Part shown: in pieces, positions 18,778-26,720 of the stretch | Numbering within the stretch: the first letter of the stretch is position 1 | How the letters are laid out: every line of letters begins with the position of its first letter | DNA from: Candidatus Harpocratesius repetitus | Lineage (GTDB): Archaea; Asgardarchaeota; Lokiarchaeia; Sigyniarchaeales; Promethearchaeaceae | NCBI GenBank assembly: GCA_021498095.1 | Contig: JAIZWK010000001.1 | Location: 3,030,001-3,062,000, forward strand | DNA: 32,000 nucleotides | Direction: 5' to 3' | Program-made: the position numbers and the translations under genes | Notes under the pieces: generated by a model | Told to the model about the DNA's origin: nothing | The model's database searches: none | The model's input: the letters and a program-made list of their open reading frames with translations, nothing else

Positions 18778-19894
18778 CCTCCAATTGATAAGTTTTAAAA
18801 CTTTGTTTTATTGACAAATTCTGGATGGGTTTGATAATTGGAATTCTTTTTTCTTCAACCATTTTTTTTAATAATCTTGTAATAATACGGGCTTTCCTAT
18901 AGGATGAAGTGGATGAAACAGGGACAATCTTTCCATCTATCTCAATTTGTCTTGATTTTAACTCAGCATAAGACACACTACGAATTAAAGGGCGTTCTCT
19001 TTTTCCTGTAGAATAATCTAAAACATTAGTAAATATTTCACTATCAGGTGTACCGCTTGTTCTTGCTAGAGATTCATTCAAAATAGGAATTGGAATACCT
19101 AATCCAATAAAGCAACTATATCCATAACCCTTTAAAAATGCACCTGCAAGAAATTCTGGAGTCATTTTCTTTAAATCCCCTGATACCATTAAATTACCCC
19201 ATTCTGATTCAGGATTATGTTGAGTTCCAGAACCGATGATATGTCCAACCGTACCACCTAAAAAAACAGGAGTTCCAATTCCTATTGTTTGATAAGTTGG
19301 ATCATTGTTTAATGGAGATAATGTGCCTACACCTCCATATGTACCATTTTGATACTTGGGAAGAAGTTTCCCCATATAAGTATACAATATTTCACCAGAT
19401 GAATTAACTGCACAAATATATTTTTGATATGCATTACGGGGATTGATCATTATTGCTTGATTAAAATCTTGAAGCCCTAAAGAAACATCAAATGATTTTC
19501 GAGGATAGCAATCAGTTCCAGTCCCTGTAGAGTGAATTGACACATTTTCTCCTTTGACCAGTTTTTCGAGAACGTGACCCCCACCAACTTTATCAAAAAC
19601 TCGACTACCTTGAGTTACACCTAAATAACAATCAGCTGCAGCATTTCCATGATACGCATTTACTCCATCAATTTCAATAGTTTCAATTTTGATTGGTGGA
19701 TCAGGCTGTGGTAAATTAAAGAATACACCGCTTGAACACATACAACCAAATGTTCCAGTGGTAACAACATCTACGGCTTCTGCAGCATATTCCACTCCTT
19801 CTTTCTCAACCAATGAAACCATTTCTTCTGCTGTTAATATTACTGCAGTCCCATCATGAATTTTTGAATTAATATCTTCATATGTTTTCTCCAA
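18770..19894 (-). CDS. L-aspartate-semialdehyde sulfurtransferase / homocysteine biosynthesis protein (COG1900/DUF39, MA1821/MJ0100-type), without CBS domains
   Basis: KTYEDINSKI..GTAVILTAEEM, VDVVTTGTFGCMCSSG, NPRNAYQ, SPLNNDP..TIGIGT.VFLGG. TTG start preceded by GGAGG. Confidence 0.9.
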   Translation of the reverse strand: MEKTYEDINSKIHDGTAVILTAEEMVSLVEKEGVEYAAEAVDVVTTGTFGCMCSSGVFFNLPQPDPPIKIETIEIDGVNAYHGNAAADCYLGVTQGSRVFDKVGGGHVLEKLVKGENVSIHSTGTGTDCYPRKSFDVSLGLQDFNQAIMINPRNAYQKYICAVNSSGEILYTYMGKLLPKYQNGTYGGVGTLSPLNNDPTYQTIGIGTPVFLGGTVGHIIGSGTQHNPESEWGNLMVSGDLKKMTPEFLAGAFLKGYGYSCFIGLGIPIPILNESLARTSGTPDSEIFTNVLDYSTGKRERPLIRSVSYAELKSRQIEIDGKIVPVSSTSSYRKARIITRLLKKMVEEKRIPIIKPIQNLSIKQSFKTYQLEDA

Positions 19895-19896
19895 TT

Positions 19897-21381
19897 TTAT
19901 TCCTCCGTTTTCTTTTTTGCATAACCATCTTTATTGCACTCATCAGAAAATATTAGATTTATTTCATTTGCAACTATTGGAATAAATTCACGATTAAGAA
20001 CTATCGAAACAGTTATTCCATTATAATCTTGCAAAATTCCATGAATTTGTATTCCATGCTTTTTTAAAATTTGTCCAATCTTTGAAACAATTTCAGCTTG
20101 GTAAAAAGATTCAGTTATGATTGTAATGATTCCAACTGATTCTATGCTAATTTTTAACCATTCCCTTTGTATCTGTGATTTATAACAAAATTCTTCCAAT
20201 TTTTTTCTGATATTTGAATCTTTAGAGCATAATAATAACCTATTTTGAGAAAATGTTTGCTGAAAGAGTGAAATATGCCAATTTTTTTTAATGAAATATG
20301 AAAATAATTCCATTAGGAATGTTGATTCTTGGAATAGAAATGGGGATTTGAGAATTATTAAGTAAGAAGACTTTGTTATTTCAATCCCTTTTATAGGAAT
20401 TTCCATGCTTTGTGATGAAATATAGGTAAAATTTGAACTCTTTGGTTTATGAAAATGACGTATTTCAATGGGAATCATTTGATCTTCAATAATGCTTATA
20501 CATTTTGGATGTAGAATTTTAGCTCCAAGAACTGCAATTTCTTTTGCTTCTTTATAATTGAGTTTTTGAATTAAATGTGGATCTTGAATATATTCAGGAT
20601 TACCAGAAAGTACACCAGGAACATCTTTCCAAAGGATAATTCTTCCCTCGTGAAAGAGATTCAAGTCAAATAGCATACGACCAATGATGGTAGCTGTAAA
20701 ATCACTTCCACCCCTTCCTAATGTAGTGGTATAGCCAATTTTATTTCGACCAATAAAACCTGTGATTACAATAACTTGATGATTTCGATTATTTAAGAGT
20801 AATGGAAGTAATTTTTGGTTAATACGAGCTTGCGTGTGTTGAAGATTAGGAATTGCCTTATTATATTCGCTGTTTGTAATGATTAATTCTTCACCAAAAA
20901 ATACTGATGAAGTAAAGTTTTCTTGTTTTAAATATAAATTAACCAAAGTAGCGCAAAGTTTTTCACCAAACGACATTACATAATCGATAAAATAAGGAAT
21001 TATTCCAAATTCTTCCACTTCTTCTAAAACTTTTGCAAGCTGATGTAATATAAGTTGGAGTTCTCCTTTGGCACTGTTAGTTACCTTAAAATTCTCTTCA
21101 AATAATAAATCAATGTACTCTTCATGAATTTCTTCGATTTGTTTTAAACGAGAAATTACATCATGTCCAGATCCTTTACTCGCTAAATTGGTTACTTCAA
21201 TTAATAAGTCGGTTACTCCTTTCAATGCTGAAACTACTAAAATAATAGAAATAGGAATGCTATTTTGTTGATAGTATGTCCGAATAATGCTTTTAATCTG
21301 CTTAAAATCAGAAGGTTCAGTTAAACACGACCCACCAAATTTCATAATAAATACTTTATTAGGATTTTCTTGTTCATTCAT
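19897..21381 (-). CDS. ask: Aspartate kinase with C-terminal ACT-like region
   Basis: MKFGGS, VVSALKGVTDLL, SFGEKL, TTLGRGGSDFTA, WKDVPGV. The start overlaps the asd stop (ATGA), with AGGAGG upstream. Confidence 0.92.
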   Translation of the reverse strand: MNEQENPNKVFIMKFGGSCLTEPSDFKQIKSIIRTYYQQNSIPISIILVVSALKGVTDLLIEVTNLASKGSGHDVISRLKQIEEIHEEYIDLLFEENFKVTNSAKGELQLILHQLAKVLEEVEEFGIIPYFIDYVMSFGEKLCATLVNLYLKQENFTSSVFFGEELIITNSEYNKAIPNLQHTQARINQKLLPLLLNNRNHQVIVITGFIGRNKIGYTTTLGRGGSDFTATIIGRMLFDLNLFHEGRIILWKDVPGVLSGNPEYIQDPHLIQKLNYKEAKEIAVLGAKILHPKCISIIEDQMIPIEIRHFHKPKSSNFTYISSQSMEIPIKGIEITKSSYLIILKSPFLFQESTFLMELFSYFIKKNWHISLFQQTFSQNRLLLCSKDSNIRKKLEEFCYKSQIQREWLKISIESVGIITIITESFYQAEIVSKIGQILKKHGIQIHGILQDYNGITVSIVLNREFIPIVANEINLIFSDECNKDGYAKKKTEE

Positions 21382-22583
21382 TGATTTTTCCTCCTAATAA
21401 TTCCTTTAGCATAAAGATATTCTGCATTAAGAACTGCACCTCTCCCTGCACCCAATTCAGTATTATGAGATAAAACGGTCATTTTAAAACCTTTTTCAAA
21501 GTTTGTGGGTTCTAATCCACCAATAAATGTAGTCATACCAAGAGATCGATCTACTAATTCTATTCTGGGCTGAGGTCTATCTCTTTCAGCAGATGAAAAG
21601 AGATGGATGGGTACTTTGGGATAATTGGGAAGATTCATACCATTAATTGTGTTTCCTTCCTTATTTTGATTAAAATCATCAAAACATTGCCGAATTTCTT
21701 CTTCGGAACAGTCAATTTTTGTTTGGAAAAATATTGATAATAAATGACCCTCTAAAACAGGAACCCGATTACATTTAGAGTCAATTTTAAATTCTGGATA
21801 AATAAAAATCGATTTTTCTGAAATACTATTTATTTTTTCCTGAAATCCATCTTTACTTATTTTTGCAAATATTTTTTTTATTTCATAATTGACTTTCTTT
21901 TCTTCTTCAGGAATATAAGGAATAATATTGCCGATTATATCATAAGCACTCACACCAGCATATCCTGCTCCACTAATTGCTTGCATTGAAACAACATTCA
22001 CAGATTGTAATCCAAATTTACGAAAAATTGGATATAACGCAATAGCAAGACCAACAGTAGTACAATTTGGACCAGGACAAACAAATCCTCGAGAATTGTT
22101 GATATATCTTTGGATTTCAAATGCTTGGAAGTGAGATCCATTAATAATAGGAAGAAATATTGGAATTTCTGGTTTATAACGCGCCCATGATGCAGTTGAA
22201 AACACAGGATAGTTTTGAGCTAACAAGGGTTCGAGTTCTGCTGCATATTCTGAAGGAATTGCAGAAAAAATTATATCTATTTCTTCTTTATTTATGTCAT
22301 CTGGTGATTTTACAATCATCTCAGCAATTTCTTTTGGCAAATATAGATTTGAAGTACCTCTTCGACCATATTTATATTTTTTTCCTACTGTTCCAAAACC
22401 ATGAAGTGAAGAAATTTGAAACCAAGGATGTTTAACTAAAGCTTCGACTATAGATTGCCCAACTAATCCAGTACAACCTATTATTGCAGCTTTCAACTTT
22501 TGCTTAGGATTTAAAGTTATAGTTACTAAAGGATTTTCTTCTTTCATATTTTCTGGATTTTTATTTTTATTTTCTTGATTCAT
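21378..22583 (-). CDS. asd: Aspartate-semialdehyde dehydrogenase, archaeal/fungal type
   Basis: IIGCTGLVGQ, PNCTT (catalytic Cys), SMQAISGAG, RVPVLEGH, SHNTELGA (catalytic His). Confidence 0.95.
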   Translation of the reverse strand: MNQENKNKNPENMKEENPLVTITLNPKQKLKAAIIGCTGLVGQSIVEALVKHPWFQISSLHGFGTVGKKYKYGRRGTSNLYLPKEIAEMIVKSPDDINKEEIDIIFSAIPSEYAAELEPLLAQNYPVFSTASWARYKPEIPIFLPIINGSHFQAFEIQRYINNSRGFVCPGPNCTTVGLAIALYPIFRKFGLQSVNVVSMQAISGAGYAGVSAYDIIGNIIPYIPEEEKKVNYEIKKIFAKISKDGFQEKINSISEKSIFIYPEFKIDSKCNRVPVLEGHLLSIFFQTKIDCSEEEIRQCFDDFNQNKEGNTINGMNLPNYPKVPIHLFSSAERDRPQPRIELVDRSLGMTTFIGGLEPTNFEKGFKMTVLSHNTELGAGRGAVLNAEYLYAKGIIRRKNQ

Positions 22584-22590
22584 TGTTATT

Positions 22591-22599
22591 TCTCCTTCT
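22591..22599 (-). promoter_or_regulatory. Shine-Dalgarno-like site of asd (AGAAGGAGA)
   Basis: Purine-rich GGAG 7 nt upstream of the asd ATG. Confidence 0.65.
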
Positions 22600-22630
22600 A
22601 TTTGTAATGTTTTTTAATTCTATAATGTTT

Positions 22631-22804
22631 TTCTGAAATCAAAATGCTATCGATTCATTTCAGAACTTAATACTTGTTCCAAAATTATGTTTATAGAGAT
22701 AATCTAATGGAAATGCACAGAAAATTGATTCTATCGCCCAGTTCTCATCGGCGATACTTTCTGTGTTCAAGCACAATCACAAAAGAAGAGAGAGCGATCG
22801 AATC
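22631..22804 (-). promoter_or_regulatory. Putative attenuator with mutually exclusive helices between the Met leader and asd
   Basis: Segment 22792-804 pairs with 22727-39 (12 of 13 positions). This competes with the hairpin 22750-56/22732-38 plus 22758-65/22716-23. A separate 9-bp hairpin lies at 22657-65/22631-39. Confidence 0.7.
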
Positions 22805-22812
22805 TTGTTTAC

Positions 22813-22896
22813 TTATGCCATTACCATTAACATGGACATCATCATCATGGTCGATGGCATCTGAGACATCATTTGCATATCCCACATGCTTCCCAT
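22813..22896 (-). CDS. Putative Met-rich leader peptide (MGSMWDMQMMSQMPSTMMMMSMLMVMA) of the asd-ask-homocysteine operon
   Basis: 27 aa with 13 ATG codons including a run of four, ending 229 nt upstream of asd on the same strand. An in-frame upstream ATG at 22932 would give 39 aa. Confidence 0.85.
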   Translation of the reverse strand: MGSMWDMQMMSQMPSTMMMMSMLMVMA

Positions 22897-23052
22897 GATT
22901 GTTTCTAGGTAAACATTAGAATCGAATCGCATTCTTATTTATTTTGTATAAAGCATACTTTAAGAAATTATTGATGGAAATAAAATATGATAAATTTTAG
23001 TTAAACGTCAATATTTCAAATGTCAAAATAACATTACTAAATAAATGATCGC

Positions 23053-23391
23053 TTAACCACCACCAATCGGAGGAAATATTGCCACAACCGATGGATTCTC
23101 TTCAATTCGAGTTGCAAGTGCTAATTCTGAAAATAGAATGCGGCCGTTTAAAATAATTTTAACATACTTTTTTAACTGTTCAGGTTGAGTTGAAAAATCA
23201 ATTATTTCTTCTAAAAATTCCCGATTATAGAGAATTGATTGTGAAATCTCATCTAACAACTCTCTTATCGTGATTCCTTTTGAAACAGAATAAATACGTT
23301 TTTTGAATTTTGTCAATGGGCGTAGATTTGCAAAAACTCGAACTTCGACTGAAACTCTTTCACTTATTTCTTCATCTACTTTAGAATCCAT
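23053..23391 (-). CDS. moaD: MoaD/ThiS/SAMP ubiquitin-like sulfur carrier
   Basis: VEVRVFANLR beta-grasp start, ILNGR, and C-terminal VAIFPPIGGG. Confidence 0.85.
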   Translation of the reverse strand: MDSKVDEEISERVSVEVRVFANLRPLTKFKKRIYSVSKGITIRELLDEISQSILYNREFLEEIIDFSTQPEQLKKYVKIILNGRILFSELALATRIEENPSVVAIFPPIGGG

Positions 23392-23490
23392 TTTTTATCA
23401 TTCATTCAATTAAATACTTCAAATTTAAGATATCATCGTAATATAGTATATAACTTTAATCATTTATTTATATCATTTTAATAGACTAAA

Positions 23491-24798
23491 TTAAATATCA
23501 AATAAACATTTAACAAACCCAACACTATAAAGACATTCATTACAACCAGGAGTATTTCCATAACAATCGCTTGAATTATCGGTAATATAATAACAATTTT
23601 GAGTGGAATATACACAATCTCCACAGAATGGTACCTGCCTGGAAATAGAATTTAAAACAGAATGAATCCGTTTTACTTTGCTTGACTGTAATATATCTTT
23701 GAATGAAATATTTGGATCATTAAGATTTCCCAGAATATAGGGTTTTACTAATCGTTCATGATGATTTATAACAACTTTATGTTCATGACCAAAATTATAG
23801 CATGGAATAACATTTCCATCAAATGAAATAAATAATCCATTACGAGCTGCAAATGGACATTCTCGCTGAGTTGATTCTGCAAAAAGTGGAGGTAAATCTA
23901 TCAGAATATGATTTTTTTCTGCTAAATTAGAGATTTCTTTAAAAACACGTTGAGCATTTTTAATCGTTTGCTTCTTTTGAATAACATCCATAATTTTTTG
24001 TAAATCGAAATCAATATTATTTATCTGGGCTTCAGAAATAGAATTTAATATTTGCTGGATTTGAGAATTGTGCTCAGAATTTATAAATTTATGATAATTA
24101 GGGGTAAGAATTACTTGATTTAATATTTCCCAACCTAATTCTCCAATTTTATCTAATAAAGTAAATGCATCAGCTGATATTGGAAGAAATAAAGAATCTT
24201 TTTCCATTTCAACAGTGTAAGGAAGAAGATGAGATAGAAATATTTTTGGAATTCCCATCTCTGCACAAAATTCAACCAAATATGAAAGATCATACAGATT
24301 TTGCTTTGATACAACCGTTTCAATTGCAAGATCGGGAATTTTTCCTGATTGATATGCTTCAGCTAAAACCTTTAAATTTTTAAATACTTCTGGATTGAAT
24401 CCTTCTCGCATTTTGCGACTCTTGGCTAAAAATGGTGAATCAACTGAAATAATAATTCGATCTACCTTATATTTTAAGATTTTTTCAAGAAAGTCTGCCG
24501 TCAACAAAGATCCATTACTAGTAAATTCAATCTTTGCATGAGGAGGAAGATAAGTCCGTGATATATCCAAAAGGGTAAGAAAATTTGGATGTGTAAGTGG
24601 TTCACCAACACCATATAAAATAAGATGATCTAATCCAGAAAATACTTCTTTAGCAATTTTTGTAAATAAATCGATTGATATCTCATTACGCTCTAGAGAA
24701 TTTTGAGCATGTAGGCACATGGCACAATCAAAATTACATTTAGTGGTGATCTCAATTTGTAAGGTTTTCAAAGAGAACGAATTCATTAATAACTTCAC
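23491..24798 (-). CDS. Radical SAM/SPASM protein, tungsten-cofactor oxidoreductase maturase type
   Basis: EITTKCNFDCAMC (CxxxCxxC), YGVGEPLTHP, FTSNGSLL, Cys-rich C-terminus (CPF, IPCY, CGDC, SDCYGNTPGCNEC), directly downstream of aor. Confidence 0.85.
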   Translation of the reverse strand: MKLLMNSFSLKTLQIEITTKCNFDCAMCLHAQNSLERNEISIDLFTKIAKEVFSGLDHLILYGVGEPLTHPNFLTLLDISRTYLPPHAKIEFTSNGSLLTADFLEKILKYKVDRIIISVDSPFLAKSRKMREGFNPEVFKNLKVLAEAYQSGKIPDLAIETVVSKQNLYDLSYLVEFCAEMGIPKIFLSHLLPYTVEMEKDSLFLPISADAFTLLDKIGELGWEILNQVILTPNYHKFINSEHNSQIQQILNSISEAQINNIDFDLQKIMDVIQKKQTIKNAQRVFKEISNLAEKNHILIDLPPLFAESTQRECPFAARNGLFISFDGNVIPCYNFGHEHKVVINHHERLVKPYILGNLNDPNISFKDILQSSKVKRIHSVLNSISRQVPFCGDCVYSTQNCYYITDNSSDCYGNTPGCNECLYSVGFVKCLFDI

Positions 24799-24854
24799 TA
24801 ATAAAACGTAATAAAAAAAGAAAAGGATTAAGATCTATATGTGATTTTAAATGA

Positions 24855-26720
24855 TTACTTAATCCCCAATTCTGCCAACTTTTCTGGTTTTGGCACACCA
24901 CGATCGTCCCAACCACGTAATTTATAATATTCTTGGAGCATCTCATCCAATTTAAACACTTCGCCCTTCGATGGACCTTCCGGAATTGGTTCTTCAGATA
25001 GTCGCTTGGGTAAAAAGTCTTGGCCGACAATTCCGAGTTTTTCCATAATAACGCGCTGAAGATTGTAAGTACGCTCACCAACTGTCAAAACTGTCTCTGC
25101 TTTTATATCCCAACCCGTGACTGCACTCATTAATGCTGCAAAATCATCAGCACCTAAAGCAAATGTAGTGAATAAGCAGTTTACAGTACTATTGACAGCA
25201 GCAGTAAAATCCTGGAAAATCTTCACCCAAGTGGGTTTCACTTTATAATCTAAACGATCAATTTGCTCAGGTAATCCAACTACTTCAGGACTTACAGTAT
25301 ATCCAGTTACATGACAACCTCCTCGATTTGCAGTAGCATAATTTAGACCAATTCCCTTAATTCCACGAGGATCGTACGCCGGCATTTCTAGTTTTTTGGC
25401 AGTCATACTTAATTCAGGATGACCGTAGGAATTTGCTAAGTGATATGAACCCATATACAATTTTTGACCAAATCCTTCTCCTTTACCCATCAACTTGATT
25501 GCATCAACTAAACCTTGACCACTTCCAAATTTAAGATCTAAACCAGCATAGTCATCTGCTGGAATAAATCCTTTTGTTGCGAGTTCCATGGCCGCTGCGA
25601 CTGTAGATCCTGCAGAAATTGTATCAAGACCATATTCATCGCAAATATGATTTGCCATAATTATTGCAGGCATATCATAAACACCACAAGAACTACCAAA
25701 TGCCCAAATTGATTCATATTCAGGTCCTTCAGTTTCTGCGATTTTAAACGGACCTTCATCAACTTTAGAAGCTCTTCCACACGCGATTGTGCAACCCCAA
25801 CATGGATTTCGCTTACGTAGGTATTTTTCAGTAAGGGTTTCTCCACTAATTTTTTCTGCGTTTTCGTTATGTGAAAATTGCCAATTCTTTTCAGGAAGTG
25901 CGCCGATATTGTTAACAATATTTACCAAAACTGCAGTTCCATAGGTTGGTAAACCAGTACCTGTGACTCCATTTTCTTTCATTTTTGTAAGTAGAGATTT
26001 TGATATTTCTTTAAATTTCTCTTGATCTGCAACTTCAACTTTCTGATTTCCCCCAGTAACAATAGCTTTTAAATTCTTTGATCCCATAACTGCACCTACA
26101 CCTGTTCTGCCGGCAGCTCTATGTGCGTCATTCACAATACAAGCAATTGGTGAGAGTTTTTCTCCTGGAGGTCCGATACATGCAATGCTTATCTTAAAAC
26201 CAACATTTTCATATTCTTTCAAAAGTGCATCATTGGTTTCAAATACGGTTTTGCCCCATAAAGAAGTTGCTTCTTTAATCTGTACGGTTCCATTGAATGC
26301 TTCTAAGTACACTGGCGAATCCGCTTTTCCTTCTATAATAATTCCATCAATTCCTGCCTTTTTCAAAAATGCACCAAATTTACCCCCTGAATTTGAAGAT
26401 CCGATTGAACCTGTCAAGGGAGATTTTAAAGTCATTACATGGTGACGTCCAGGGCTTGGAAAACCGGTGACCCCGGTTCCTGGTCCAGTTCCAAAGAAAA
26501 TTAAATTGTCCGCGGAAAAAGCATCAAAATCTTTCAAATTAATACCATTCGCTTCCAGTTTTTTTACTTGATCCCAAATAAATTTTGTTCCTAAACCAGC
26601 ACCACCCCAAAATTGTTGAAATATTTCAAGGGGAATTTCTTCAAGAGCAACAGATTTATTTGAAAGATTTATTCGATATATTTTACCCATTATTCCATTT
26701 CCCATTTTAATTACCTTCAT
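24855..26720 (-). CDS. aor: Tungsten-dependent aldehyde:ferredoxin oxidoreductase
   Basis: KSPLTG, GRTGVGAVMGSKNLKAI, CWGCTIAC Fe-S motif, EGPEYES, DEYGLDTIS, AYDPRG, RGGCH. Confidence 0.95.
   Translation of the reverse strand: MKVIKMGNGIMGKIYRINLSNKSVALEEIPLEIFQQFWGGAGLGTKFIWDQVKKLEANGINLKDFDAFSADNLIFFGTGPGTGVTGFPSPGRHHVMTLKSPLTGSIGSSNSGGKFGAFLKKAGIDGIIIEGKADSPVYLEAFNGTVQIKEATSLWGKTVFETNDALLKEYENVGFKISIACIGPPGEKLSPIACIVNDAHRAAGRTGVGAVMGSKNLKAIVTGGNQKVEVADQEKFKEISKSLLTKMKENGVTGTGLPTYGTAVLVNIVNNIGALPEKNWQFSHNENAEKISGETLTEKYLRKRNPCWGCTIACGRASKVDEGPFKIAETEGPEYESIWAFGSSCGVYDMPAIIMANHICDEYGLDTISAGSTVAAAMELATKGFIPADDYAGLDLKFGSGQGLVDAIKLMGKGEGFGQKLYMGSYHLANSYGHPELSMTAKKLEMPAYDPRGIKGIGLNYATANRGGCHVTGYTVSPEVVGLPEQIDRLDYKVKPTWVKIFQDFTAAVNSTVNCLFTTFALGADDFAALMSAVTGWDIKAETVLTVGERTYNLQRVIMEKLGIVGQDFLPKRLSEEPIPEGPSKGEVFKLDEMLQEYYKLRGWDDRGVPKPEKLAELGIK

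Noticed and set aside
22674-22898. 74-aa plus-strand ORF from the track
   Set aside because: It is the antisense shadow of the Met leader and attenuator, with a TTG start and no protein-like features.
22600-22930. SAM riboswitch upstream of the Met-pathway operon
   Set aside because: The SAM-I consensus (AUCAAGAG...GGCAACC) was not seen. Other classes were not excluded without an Rfam scan.
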